Of a DNA stretch of 64,000 bases, positions 15,925-25,868 are shown in pieces; position 1 is the stretch's first letter; the number at the start of each line of letters is the position of its first letter. The notes under the pieces are model-generated. The model saw only the letters and a list, made by a program, of their open reading frames with translations, was not told the DNA's origin and did no database searches. The translations under genes were made by a program, and so were the position numbers. This DNA comes from a virus (Duplodnaviria > Caudoviricetes): positions 1 to 64,000 of IMG/VR virus record IMGVR_UViG_3300037589_000163; one strand, 5' to 3'.

Positions 15925-16105
15925 ATCACTCGGTACACCGGGCCGGGCAGCCCAGGAAGGAATAGGCGCCCGGCCCGTAGTCCCTCAGCGGTGGAAACCC
16001 ACAAAACACCGCGAGGAAAGATAATAGAAAATTGATTTTTACAAATCATCTCGTAATATTATGAGATAATGAATATCATAAAAATGATCTGAGGCAATAG
16101 AGAAT

Positions 16106-16930
16106 ATGAGTACTCCGTCCCTTTTTAATACCCCACCCCTTTTTAAGGATAATTCGGAGGTCTCCCAGGCGCCGGAGGCGCCACAGCATGTGGAGGAGCC
16201 GCAGGCGCCGGCTGTCGAGAAGAACCCGGCAATGACCCCCACGATCGGACTGATCACCGAGAATGATCTCAAGAGCGCTCTGCCAGCCACCCTGAGATCC
16301 TCCGTCAGCCAGTCCCTGGTCGACAAGGTCAACAGGATCTCAAGTGACCCGATCGCAGCGGAGAACATCCGCAATAATTTCGTCAGCTACACATCGGTGA
16401 TGAAGGAAGGCCGCTTCAAGATCGAGGATTACCTCAATGCGGTGGCTTACGTTTCCTACAAGCTGATGGGGTACAACAACGAGGAATCTTACGCGAAGAC
16501 CTTTCCGCAGCGTTACGCGGACCTGCTCGCGAAGAACACCTCCAAGAAGGACATCTCGGCCTATGTGTCGGCGTATCACCGCGGCAAGCTGGTGAACCTG
16601 ATCATGGAACAGTCCCTGGTTCCCTCCTGGGTCCTAAATCAGGATCTCTTTCAGAAAGCGCTCAACGTGCAGGCCGAACTGATGGCGACGGCCACCAGTG
16701 AGAAGGTGCGTACCGATGCCGCCAACTCGATCCTTACCCACCTCAAGAAGCCTGAAAAGGACTTCCAGCTGAACATCAACACGGAAGATTCCTCCGGCAT
16801 GCGGGAGATGCGGGACACTCTTTCCCAGCTGGCGGCCCAACAGAGGCAGATGATCGAACAGGGTCAGATGAAAACGATCGATGTCGCGGCAGCTCGTCTC
16901 GTCAACAAAAAGGAAGACGACGATGTCTGA
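16106..16930 (+). CDS. N4 gp69-like protein (putative small terminase)
   Basis: Directly upstream of TerL; YLNAVAYVSYKLMG and SEKVRTDAANSILTHLK motifs. Confidence 0.75.
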   Translation: MSTPSLFNTPPLFKDNSEVSQAPEAPQHVEEPQAPAVEKNPAMTPTIGLITENDLKSALPATLRSSVSQSLVDKVNRISSDPIAAENIRNNFVSYTSVMKEGRFKIEDYLNAVAYVSYKLMGYNNEESYAKTFPQRYADLLAKNTSKKDISAYVSAYHRGKLVNLIMEQSLVPSWVLNQDLFQKALNVQAELMATATSEKVRTDAANSILTHLKKPEKDFQLNINTEDSSGMREMRDTLSQLAAQQRQMIEQGQMKTIDVAAARLVNKKEDDDV

Positions 16931-18557
16931 GGCGCTCGAAACGATCCTGGCCAGCGGCCGCAACATCATCCGGAAAGAGCTGGATGAATGGCTCGACGAG
17001 GTTGATTACCAGACACTCAATGACAACAGCTACATCCCTTCGGAATTCTCCCTGGTCTTCATGAACTTCATCAAGCTGGTGAATGGAGAAGAAGGAGAAA
17101 GCCACAAGACACCGCCGGTCCACCTCAAGATGCTCGACAAGCTCTCGAGCTCGACTTCAGAGAATGTGGTCAATTTGTGTTTCCGTGGTGCAGCGAAGAC
17201 CACAATTTTCGCCGAGTACCTGTTCCTGTTCATTGCTCTCTACGGGTATCTCCCCAACTTCGGGAAGATTACCGGCGCCATCTACGTGTCCGACTCCATG
17301 GAGAACGGCGTGAAATCGATGCGGAAGAACATCGAATTCCGTTATGAAAACTCCGACTTCTTGAAAGAATGGATCCCTTACGCAAAGTTCACGGACAACT
17401 ATATCGAGTTCGTCAATCGTGACGGTCACCGGTTCGGTATCAAGATGTTCGGTGCTCAAACCGGTATCCGCGGTACCAAGATTTTTGGTAAGCGGCCGGT
17501 GCTCGCGGTACTCGATGACTTGCTCGACGATGATGACGCCAAGTCGCCGGCAGCCCTGAAGTCGATCAACGACACGATCTACAAGGGCATCAATCACGCC
17601 TTGGACCCAACAAGGCGAAAGATCATCTTCAATGGCACGCCCTTTTCAAAAGACGACCCAATGGTGGAAGCCGTTGAATCGGGAGCCTGGGACGTCAATG
17701 TGTGGCCGGTCTGTGAAAGATTCCCGTGCTCCAGGGAAGAGTTCTGCGGTGCCTGGGAGGATCGATTCAACTTCGATTACATCCTGAAGCAATACGAAGA
17801 CGCCGTGCTCAACGGGAAGGTCGAGGCCTTCATGCAGGAGTTGATGCTGCGGATCTCCTCCGAGGAAGAGCGTCTGGTCCAGGATGCGGAGATCAAGGAA
17901 TACTCCCGGGCCCAACTTCTCAACAATACAGGCTCGTTCAACTTCTACATCACAACGGACTTTGCCACCTCGGACAAACAGTCTGCCGACTATTCAGTCA
18001 TCTCGGTGTGGGCTTTGAACTCGAACGGGGATTGGTTCTGGGTCGATGGTGAATGCGAACGCATGACCATGGACAAGTCGATCAATCATCTCTTCCGTCT
18101 GGTTCAGAAATACCGGCCGCAATCCGTCGGCGTGGAAGTGTCGGCTCAGCAGAAGGCATTCATCAAGTGGCTTCAGGGAGAGATGATGCATCGGAACATC
18201 TGGTTCAATTTTGCATCGTCGGAGAAGTCGGGTGAGCCTGGTATTCGTCCAGTGGTCAACAAATTGACCCGCTTCAACCTGGTTGTGCCCCTGTTCAAGG
18301 CCGGCAAGATGTTTTTCCCCCAGGAAATGAAAGCCAGCAAGATCATGGGTCTGTTCTACGGCCAGCTGCGATTGGCAACCCGTAACGGCTTGAAAGGCAA
18401 AGACGACTGCATCGATACGATCTCGATGCTGATGTACCTCAATGCCTGGAGACCAAGCGAAAAAGCCCCAAAAATGATTGGACACAACGGCGGTCCGGAA
18501 TGGGATGAAGACGAAGAAGTCGAGCAGGTATCTGCTTTGTCCTCTTACATTGTTTGA
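16923..18557 (+). CDS. Terminase large subunit (N4 gp68-like)
   Basis: Walker A CFRGAAKTT, Walker B VLDDL, nuclease TTDFA and DDCID; start MSEALE. Confidence 0.93.
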   Translation: MSEALETILASGRNIIRKELDEWLDEVDYQTLNDNSYIPSEFSLVFMNFIKLVNGEEGESHKTPPVHLKMLDKLSSSTSENVVNLCFRGAAKTTIFAEYLFLFIALYGYLPNFGKITGAIYVSDSMENGVKSMRKNIEFRYENSDFLKEWIPYAKFTDNYIEFVNRDGHRFGIKMFGAQTGIRGTKIFGKRPVLAVLDDLLDDDDAKSPAALKSINDTIYKGINHALDPTRRKIIFNGTPFSKDDPMVEAVESGAWDVNVWPVCERFPCSREEFCGAWEDRFNFDYILKQYEDAVLNGKVEAFMQELMLRISSEEERLVQDAEIKEYSRAQLLNNTGSFNFYITTDFATSDKQSADYSVISVWALNSNGDWFWVDGECERMTMDKSINHLFRLVQKYRPQSVGVEVSAQQKAFIKWLQGEMMHRNIWFNFASSEKSGEPGIRPVVNKLTRFNLVVPLFKAGKMFFPQEMKASKIMGLFYGQLRLATRNGLKGKDDCIDTISMLMYLNAWRPSEKAPKMIGHNGGPEWDEDEEVEQVSALSSYIV

Positions 18558-18698
18558 TTACTGAAAATGTGATGCACATTTTCTGGCTATTATCCAGAAA
18601 ATAATCGTATATAATGGCCTGAGATTTTTGGATCACTCGTGCAATTAATCACGAGGACGCCCCATCAGCTCTACAATCCGAACATATAAGGACAGCAA

Positions 18699-19406
18699 AT
18701 GCAGATCAAAGAGCTGCTCAAGAACCTTGCTTTGGCTGAGCTTTCGAACCTTTCGATCAGTGAAGGCGAGAATGCGACGATCAAGGAAAAGTCGCATGAA
18801 GGCCTCCTGTTGCATATCAACGAAGGCCTCCTGCGTCTCTACACAAGGTTTGTCCTGTCCGAGAAATCCCTGGTGATCGAGCAACTGGCTCACATCACCA
18901 AGTACCCTCTACGCAAAGGTTACTCGGAATGCTCTGGTTCGGACATCGACTACAAGTTCATCAAGGACATGCCTGGTGAGCCCTTTCAAGAAGACGTCAT
19001 CAAGATCCTCTCGGTCTATGACAGCTCGGGCCACAAGCGACCACTGAACGACGTCGAAGACGTGGAATCCCTTTTCACGCCCCAACCCGACGTTCTTCAG
19101 ATCCCATCCCCGATCCAGGGCCAGGCCCTTGGGGTTGTTTACCAGGCTCGGCATGCCCCCATCACCAAGGCAGACGAAGGTTACCTCGATCGAGAAGTCG
19201 AGATTCCTTTCGCACTCGAAGGTGCCCTTCAGTCCTACGTGGCCTCGAAAGTGTTCAGCAACATGAACGGCCCGGAGAACAAGGCAACAAGTCAGGGTTA
19301 CCTGACGGATTACGAGCGCATCTGCGTGGAGATGGAAGACAAGGACATTATCAACAAAAGTCATCAGACAAGCCATTCAAAGCTTGAAGAACGAGGTTTC
19401 GTATAA
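18699..19406 (+). CDS. N4 gp67-like neck/tail protein
   Basis: 235 aa; INEGLLRLYTRF and LQSYVASKVFSNMN; syntenic after TerL. Confidence 0.75.
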   Translation: MQIKELLKNLALAELSNLSISEGENATIKEKSHEGLLLHINEGLLRLYTRFVLSEKSLVIEQLAHITKYPLRKGYSECSGSDIDYKFIKDMPGEPFQEDVIKILSVYDSSGHKRPLNDVEDVESLFTPQPDVLQIPSPIQGQALGVVYQARHAPITKADEGYLDREVEIPFALEGALQSYVASKVFSNMNGPENKATSQGYLTDYERICVEMEDKDIINKSHQTSHSKLEERGFV

Positions 19407-21163
19407 TGCATAGCCCTTTTGATCCGCGCGGAAGCCACACTGTCATCGTCGATCGGATGATCGGTCAGGCATATCCGACCGTTCGTCTTGTCGCCGAAAA
19501 CATGGAATACGTGAAGCACCTGTCCCATTACATGGAACAGCTTTACGACATCCATGGCAAACTCGGCGATCTTCAGAATTTCACCACGAATTACCAGGTG
19601 GTCCAAGATCTCCTGGCCGACATGACCGTTTTCAATGCTCTTTATGCCGACCTGTCGAACATCAATCTTGCTGCGACGAACATGGATGACATCATCCACA
19701 TCAACGCCAACATCGCCAATTTGCTGGCCGCCGAACAGAGCATCTCGGATTCGATCGATACCGTGAACGGCTTTATCACCGCCTTTGGTGATCTCAGCAC
19801 CGCGATCAGTCAGGCAGAAGCGGCCGCCACTGCTTCTGCTGGATCGGCAAGCAGCGCCTCCGATGATGCCGGCCTCGCCAAGGACTGGGCGAACAAGACC
19901 TACAATGTGCCTGTTCTCCTGGGGGAATATTCGGCCAAACACTATGCGACCGTTGCAGGGCAGAATTCCTCTATGGCTGCTCTCTGGGCCGACGAGGCAG
20001 AAGATGTCGAAGTTCAGACGGGCAAATACTCTGCCAAGCATTGGGCTCAGAAAGCGCTCGATGCAGTTCAGATCAACAACATCTCTCTCATGCATTTCGC
20101 CGGCGACGGTACGTCGGATCCACTGGAGTTGGCTTTTGCTCCTGGTTCCGTGAACAACATCGAAGTCAACATTCGCGGCCTGGGAACACAGCCCCGCGGC
20201 ATCTTTACTCTCGATGGAACCAATCTGCATCCGCCGGCCGGTACCGTGTGGCCGCTTTATGATGATGTCGAATCAGCCGGCCTTGGTTGGAACATCGAAG
20301 TCATCTACGCCAATGCAATCGAGATCGGTGCTCCGGCAGACGGCACTGTTACCAGCCCCAAGGTCGCTGCCAATGCGATCAACGCTTCGAAGATCGATGC
20401 TTCGGACAAGGCAGCAATCGTCAACAAACTCGAGCTCAATGACCCGAGCTATTTCACCGGTTTCAAGTTGGTTGTCGGTCCGGTCGACCTCAACAACGAC
20501 ATCACCATTTACCCTGGCACTTGCGCCAGTGATGACGCCACACCGGCCTTGATCTCGCTCAAGACGCCACTGACCAAGCGTGTGGACGCTTCCTGGGTCG
20601 CCGGCAATGAACAGGGTGGTCTGGACACAGGCAGCCTGACGCCGAGCGTGACTTATCACCTCTGGGTCATCCGCAATCCGACCACGGAAGTGGTTGACGT
20701 CATCTTCTCCTTGTCCCCGACGGCGCCAACTTTGCCGACCGGTTTCACACAGAAACAATATCTGTGGCCTGTCATTCGTGGAAGCACCGGTTGGTGGAAA
20801 TTCACCCACCAGGGTAACTACTTCGCGATGGTCGACACTTACTACGTGGGTGCAGCGGTATCGACGACCGCTGCGCTTGTCACGGCCCCAGGAGTACCGA
20901 CAGGGCGAAACATGCTCGTGGATCTGGGTGTTGGTGTTTTTGATAATGGAGTCAACCTGGTGGCTCTCGTCAGTTCACCTCTTGCTGGCGACTACGTTCC
21001 GGCAACCGGGACTTACGCCACGGCCATCACTTCGGGAAGTTCCCGGTGGGATTATACGACGGCAAAAGTGCTCACCAATTCCTCGGCACAGTTTCGCCTG
21101 AGAGGAAATGCGGCAATTTCCAACTTCTCGGCCTTCACCATCGGCTACGCTTTCAATCGTTGA
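19406..21163 (+). CDS. Tail fibre/appendage protein (N4 gp66-like N-terminus)
   Basis: IGQAYPTVRLVAENM N-terminus, SAKHYA/SAKHWA repeats, phage fibre-like C-terminal domain. Confidence 0.75.
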   Translation: MHSPFDPRGSHTVIVDRMIGQAYPTVRLVAENMEYVKHLSHYMEQLYDIHGKLGDLQNFTTNYQVVQDLLADMTVFNALYADLSNINLAATNMDDIIHINANIANLLAAEQSISDSIDTVNGFITAFGDLSTAISQAEAAATASAGSASSASDDAGLAKDWANKTYNVPVLLGEYSAKHYATVAGQNSSMAALWADEAEDVEVQTGKYSAKHWAQKALDAVQINNISLMHFAGDGTSDPLELAFAPGSVNNIEVNIRGLGTQPRGIFTLDGTNLHPPAGTVWPLYDDVESAGLGWNIEVIYANAIEIGAPADGTVTSPKVAANAINASKIDASDKAAIVNKLELNDPSYFTGFKLVVGPVDLNNDITIYPGTCASDDATPALISLKTPLTKRVDASWVAGNEQGGLDTGSLTPSVTYHLWVIRNPTTEVVDVIFSLSPTAPTLPTGFTQKQYLWPVIRGSTGWWKFTHQGNYFAMVDTYYVGAAVSTTAALVTAPGVPTGRNMLVDLGVGVFDNGVNLVALVSSPLAGDYVPATGTYATAITSGSSRWDYTTAKVLTNSSAQFRLRGNAAISNFSAFTIGYAFNR

Positions 21164-21184
21164 TTTCATTAAGGAATTGTTTTC

Positions 21185-21754
21185 ATGAGTGGTTTTTGGC
21201 AGATCATCAACGAGGGAATTGATCCCTCGACACCTGTCGCCGATTTGCCGGGTAATCTCCCGGCAAGTCGAGTAACCGGGCATAAGAGGGGTGCTGTTTT
21301 CCTTCCCAGGACAACGACCTATCCTCTGACCCATGTTCCGGTCGAGTTCCCGCAGTTTCGGAAAAAGATCTTCACTCCGGACGCCGGCCTGATCATGTGT
21401 ACCTTCCAGATCGACACCCAACACAACGGGGTGAATGGTCATGCGGTGCAGGTCGAAGGCAATTTCATGGTGCGATCCGCGCCTTCGGAACCTGAGTTGA
21501 ACAGTGCCACTTTTGTGGACCTTCCGAATACCTATGACGAAGGCATCATCCGCGATGTGACGCATCACTATTACACCATTCACACGCCGCGTTATCCCCA
21601 CGAAGTGCTCCCGAACACCTGGCACGAGTTCACTCTCAAGCTCGGCGCCAAGTCGACTGTGTCCGGCACACTCAACGGTCTTGCTTCTGTTCAGAGCAAC
21701 GGCGGTACGCAACTCATGCTCCTGGAATACGAACCAGGCGCCTACTTGCTCTAA
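21185..21754 (+). CDS. Tail-associated protein, paralog A
   Basis: 189 aa, follows the fibre gene; shares blocks with the next gene. Confidence 0.6.
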   Translation: MSGFWQIINEGIDPSTPVADLPGNLPASRVTGHKRGAVFLPRTTTYPLTHVPVEFPQFRKKIFTPDAGLIMCTFQIDTQHNGVNGHAVQVEGNFMVRSAPSEPELNSATFVDLPNTYDEGIIRDVTHHYYTIHTPRYPHEVLPNTWHEFTLKLGAKSTVSGTLNGLASVQSNGGTQLMLLEYEPGAYLL

Positions 21755-21766
21755 GGGGGCCTCAAT

Positions 21767-22345
21767 ATGCGTTACTGGAGAGAAGGCGAATATTTTGACA
21801 TCGACGAGCTGGCCGATCTGCCGGGTGAATTTCCTGTCAACCGGATCCTCGATCAGAAGAAAAAAATCGTCTTTGTCAACGTGGATAATGATCTGTTCTG
21901 GGACGAACTGGAGATCAGTTATTTCCGACAGAAAATGTTCATCCCCGAAGATGGATTGGTTTATTTCACTTACAAGATGGGGGTACGTCACCGCGGTATC
22001 GATTCCGGTCCCACTTATGGGATCGAGTATCCGATCGGTCTTGGTTCCCGTCCGATGTACCGATCTGCTGCAACAGAAGCAGCCCTGTCTCCGCTGAGTT
22101 TCATTTACTATGACAATGGTTTGTCCGCCGGCCAGATCATGGATTACACCCACAGAAAATACACCATGGGTGCTGTCAGAGTTCCGATGAATGTGACGGC
22201 GAACACCTGGTACGAATTCTCCATGAGTGGAGGATCTCACACCAACGCCGGCAGCCGGGACGGTGCGGATGGGTCCGCAGAGATCAACCCGGACAACATC
22301 AATTACCTGCTCGTCGAATACGAAGCAGGCAAATTCCTTACCTGA
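21767..22345 (+). CDS. Tail-associated protein, paralog B
   Basis: 192 aa; ADLPG, FRxKxFxPxxGL, NTWxEF and LxEYExG shared with paralog A. Confidence 0.6.
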   Translation: MRYWREGEYFDIDELADLPGEFPVNRILDQKKKIVFVNVDNDLFWDELEISYFRQKMFIPEDGLVYFTYKMGVRHRGIDSGPTYGIEYPIGLGSRPMYRSAATEAALSPLSFIYYDNGLSAGQIMDYTHRKYTMGAVRVPMNVTANTWYEFSMSGGSHTNAGSRDGADGSAEINPDNINYLLVEYEAGKFLT

Positions 22346-22358
22346 AACGGAGCCCGTG

Positions 22359-22760
22359 ATGACATACATCCCAGCTGAGCATTTTCGCAGCACCGACTTT
22401 GATCGCAGCAGCTACCCCGTAAGAGATTGCGGTAGCCTCAAGCAGAAGTTCTCGCTCAACATCTTTCCAGGTTCCCTGGAGTTTGTCGGTGTTGTCGATG
22501 TGCAAAGCCCAAAACAGGCAATCATCGTGCAGAACGACGGCTATGAGGATCTTGCGATCCATGACGTCATCGTCGTCGGCCCCTTCCAGTTGATTGGTGA
22601 AAAGCCAACAACAATCCTGGCCGGCAACACGATCTCGATCGAAGTGGCTTTCACAGCGAAAGTGGTAGGAGCAATGAGCGGAGGAATCTTCATCCAGGCG
22701 CCATTGGCGGTGGGAGAATGCTTCGTCCAGATCAACGGCACTGGAAGTGCTGCACCCTGA
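22359..22760 (+). CDS. Ig-like (ASH/choice-of-anchor D-like) beta-sandwich protein
   Basis: IIVQNDGYEDLAIHDV...ILAGNTISIEVAFT...VQINGTG pattern. Confidence 0.55.
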   Translation: MTYIPAEHFRSTDFDRSSYPVRDCGSLKQKFSLNIFPGSLEFVGVVDVQSPKQAIIVQNDGYEDLAIHDVIVVGPFQLIGEKPTTILAGNTISIEVAFTAKVVGAMSGGIFIQAPLAVGECFVQINGTGSAAP

Positions 22761-22777
22761 GAGACACAATGATTATG

Positions 22778-22805
22778 AAAAAAGCCCCTGTTCAGGGGCT
22801 TTTTT
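22778..22805. terminator. Bidirectional intrinsic terminator
   Basis: AAAAAAGCCCCTG-TT-CAGGGGCTTTTTT. Confidence 0.85.
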
Positions 22806-22916
22806 ATTTGCTCCATTATGAGAACGTTTCCCCAAATATTATAATTGATAATGTCAAACCATTATGCGATGTGGTATGAAGATAATCGCATCAATCATTT
22901 TGAGAGAAATCACACT

Positions 22917-23819
22917 ATGGTCAAAAAGATTACGGCATACATCGGCGGCATCGAAGGATTCGTGGGCAAATGGTACCTCGATCCGGTCCACATCCCGACC
23001 ATGGGATTTGGCTTCACCTGGCAGTCGAAGATCTTCCGCGAATGGTGGTTGGCGAAGCACGGCCGCAAGTTCAAGCGCGGTGACACGATTTCGAAAGCCG
23101 ATGCGCTCATCGTTCTTCAGCGGATGATCGATCTGGAATATGGCCCCCCTGTCCAGAAAGCTTTTGCCGGCCGGCCTGAACACGTCCGTGATGCAGGCAC
23201 ATCCATGATTCTCAACTGCGGTGCCGGCGCCTTGAAGTGGCGTTGGGCCCAGGCAATCATGCGTGGCGATATCAAGGAAGGTTGTCGCTTGTGGCGAACA
23301 ACCGCAACCACGGCCCGGGGCAAGAAGCTTCCTGGACTGGTTCGTCGTCGCCGCGAAGAAGCGACCATTGCCGAGATGAACATCTACCCTTCCTGGATGG
23401 GCTACGCTCCTCCGAAGGAAGTGAAGAACCATGTTGCGGTCGAAGACATCACCCAGGCACAAACCTGGCTCCAGAATCTCGACTACTACCATGGTCAGCT
23501 TGACGGGATCGTCGGGAAGAAAACCATCAGTGCCACGAAGCGTTTCCAGGCCGACCATGGAACGCTGAGGGTCGACGGCATCATCGGTACAGCAACCCTC
23601 TCCGCTCTTCAGCGTGCGAACGACTTCAAGACCAAGAGCAAAACGAGCGCAGCAGGCGGAACGGCTGCGGCCGGAGGTGGCGCAGCCACCGACTGGTCGT
23701 GGGCAAGTGACGTCCTGCTCTGGGGCGGTCTGGCAGTCGCCGTGATCGGTCTGGGCTACCTGGCTTACCGTTACCGGGATGAAGTCAAAGTCTCCCTCAA
23801 AAAATTCAAGGCCAGCTGA
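22917..23819 (+). CDS. Endolysin: GH24 lysozyme + peptidoglycan-binding domain + C-terminal TM
   Basis: E-x8-D-x5-T triad (EGFVGKWYLDPVHIPT), LPGLVRRRREE, DGIVGKKT..FQ..DGIIGTAT, hydrophobic C-terminal helix. Confidence 0.9.
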   Translation: MVKKITAYIGGIEGFVGKWYLDPVHIPTMGFGFTWQSKIFREWWLAKHGRKFKRGDTISKADALIVLQRMIDLEYGPPVQKAFAGRPEHVRDAGTSMILNCGAGALKWRWAQAIMRGDIKEGCRLWRTTATTARGKKLPGLVRRRREEATIAEMNIYPSWMGYAPPKEVKNHVAVEDITQAQTWLQNLDYYHGQLDGIVGKKTISATKRFQADHGTLRVDGIIGTATLSALQRANDFKTKSKTSAAGGTAAAGGGAATDWSWASDVLLWGGLAVAVIGLGYLAYRYRDEVKVSLKKFKAS

Positions 23820-23820
23820 G

Positions 23821-24054
23821 ATGTGGAACAAAGTACGCAACTTTTTCATGGACTCGGAAGTTATCTTCTATGCGCGGGTACAGGCCCTGATCGGGATACT
23901 CGCAGCAGGGATAACCTTCCTGGATCCCGCTCTGGTGGCACCAATACTGCCACCGGAATATCTCCCCTGGTTCCTGCTGGCAAACGGCCTGGCGACAGAA
24001 ATTCTCCGTCGTTTGCGGACCAAGAAAAGCGAGTTCCCTGAAGAAGGGAACTGA
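23821..24054 (+). CDS. Holin-like small membrane protein
   Basis: 77 aa from MWNKVR, 2 TM segments, basic C-terminus. Confidence 0.6.
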   Translation: MWNKVRNFFMDSEVIFYARVQALIGILAAGITFLDPALVAPILPPEYLPWFLLANGLATEILRRLRTKKSEFPEEGN

Positions 24055-24122
24055 CTTCAAAAACAATCAATTGATCATGTGGTGCTCTCCAATTCCAGCA
24101 GCCACTCCACTGAATAAAAGGC

Positions 24123-24452
24123 GTGGCTGGTATGCACGATAATGACGAATGGACATTGTATTTTGCCATCGCTTTGGCGCTGGTAATTCGAATGCTTTCC
24201 TCACCTTTTGAAGGGCTGAGGCAGAGCATCGTTCTGGTATTCACCTCACTGGGCTGCACGATCATTTTCACTGCTCCGACAGCAGAGATCATCGGCGTCC
24301 AGGATCAAATATCCGTGGTCAGTGCATTGGCCGCCCTCATCACAATCACGGCCATGGGCCTTGTGAAGTGGCTCATCGCATTTGTGGACAATCTGCCGAC
24401 CGATCCCCGGGCAATCATCCAATTGGTAAAGCAATGGAGGAACGGCAAATGA
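24123..24452 (+). CDS. Holin-like 3-TM protein
   Basis: Three hydrophobic helices, located in the lysis cassette. Confidence 0.6.
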   Translation: MAGMHDNDEWTLYFAIALALVIRMLSSPFEGLRQSIVLVFTSLGCTIIFTAPTAEIIGVQDQISVVSALAALITITAMGLVKWLIAFVDNLPTDPRAIIQLVKQWRNGK

Positions 24453-24616
24453 TCCGCGCACTGACACTGAAAGAAAAGACTTGGTGGAGAGGGATCATTC
24501 TCGGTTGGGTGATCCTTCTCGGCTACGCCAATTTCACGAAGTCGGAACACAACACGAATTTCACCGACGGATTTCAGAGCAATGTCTCGTCCGAAACAAA
24601 GCCCGCGGGTGAGTGA
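24449..24616 (+). CDS. 55-aa single-TM protein
   Basis: MIRALTLKEKTWWRGIILGWVILLGYA..., ATGA overlap. Confidence 0.45.
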   Translation: MIRALTLKEKTWWRGIILGWVILLGYANFTKSEHNTNFTDGFQSNVSSETKPAGE

Positions 24617-25868
24617 GCAGATGTCGGATTACATGAGTAATGACCCATCATTCATCGAAAAGGTGAGTGAACTCTCACGATCGATGATCAAGAACGACGG
24701 AACACCCAACCTGACCGAAATAGCCTCGAGCTTGGGGGGTCACCGCCGCACTGTAAAAAGAGCGCTCGACAAGCTCCAGGATTTCGATCCTTCCATTCTG
24801 GAAGCAGCTGCTGCTGGCGGGATCGAGGATCCCAAGAACTTGTCTCACTTCTGGAAACTGGTGAAAGACAAGGACGGAAACGGTTATTCGCTGTTCGTGA
24901 AGAACCCTTCCACCGGCCGGGAAACTTCGGTCTGGGACATGGTGCGAGATGCGGTATCTCAAGAACCGATCAAGAAAATCACCCTGCCAAAAAGACCGCC
25001 GGCACTTATCAAAGGAAGGAAGGAAAGTCTGTTGGTCATTGACCTGGCAGACGTGCATTTTCTGAAGCTCTCAGTGAAGACCCAAACTGGTTACGAGTAC
25101 AATCGGGAAGTGGCTCATCACAGGGTGGTGGAAGGAACCAAGGCTCTTCTTGCAAAGTCAGCGCTACAGGGGATCAACAGGGTCCTGTTCGTCATGGGTA
25201 ACGACATTCTTCATGTCGACAACACCCGATCGACAACGACAAACGGTACCTACCAGGATGTCGATGGAACGATCTACCAGGGATTTCGTGACGCCTCCCT
25301 GGCTCTTGAAGAAGCGATCAGCGAAGCCAGCATGTATGCTGATGTGGACCTTATCCACTGCATGTCCAACCACGACAAAGTCATAGGATGGGCCCTTACC
25401 CAGTCCGTGGCCGGCAGGCTTCGCAACAATCGCCGGATCAGAGCAACACCCTACAACATCTCCGAAGCTCACCGGAAATATTACCGGTTCGAGTCCAATC
25501 TGATGGGTTTCACCCACGGCGATGGCGCCAAGGAAGAAAAGCTTGTCGGGCTCCTCTTAAAGGAGGCTCGAGAGCACATTTCCGACTGTCCCAATCTCTA
25601 TTGGTACCTTCACCACGAGCACCACAAAAAGAAAAAAGTACACGGTGAAGTGACCTACATGCGGGAGAAAGACCACACAAGCATGACCGCAATGGTCAGT
25701 GGAAATCCTAACATCAAGGGAGAGTCGATCAACATCGAATACGTGCGGTCACCTTCCGATCCAGATGGTTGGCATGACCAGTTTGGTTTCGTCAACAAAC
25801 AGGCCGTGGAGTGCTTCATTCATCACCCCTGGCAGGGACAAACGGCCCGATTTACGGAGTGGTTCTGA
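24582..25868 (+). CDS. Calcineurin-like metallophosphoesterase with N-terminal HTH
   Basis: DLADVH, GNDILHVD, SNHD, THGD and HHEHH motifs; start uncertain. Confidence 0.8.
   Translation: MSRPKQSPRVSEQMSDYMSNDPSFIEKVSELSRSMIKNDGTPNLTEIASSLGGHRRTVKRALDKLQDFDPSILEAAAAGGIEDPKNLSHFWKLVKDKDGNGYSLFVKNPSTGRETSVWDMVRDAVSQEPIKKITLPKRPPALIKGRKESLLVIDLADVHFLKLSVKTQTGYEYNREVAHHRVVEGTKALLAKSALQGINRVLFVMGNDILHVDNTRSTTTNGTYQDVDGTIYQGFRDASLALEEAISEASMYADVDLIHCMSNHDKVIGWALTQSVAGRLRNNRRIRATPYNISEAHRKYYRFESNLMGFTHGDGAKEEKLVGLLLKEAREHISDCPNLYWYLHHEHHKKKKVHGEVTYMREKDHTSMTAMVSGNPNIKGESINIEYVRSPSDPDGWHDQFGFVNKQAVECFIHHPWQGQTARFTEWF

Noticed and set aside
15985-16050. UUCCUCGCGG on the minus strand, resembling the HDV-like ribozyme L3
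   Set aside because: P1 and P3 pairings are poor and no P2/P4 could be built
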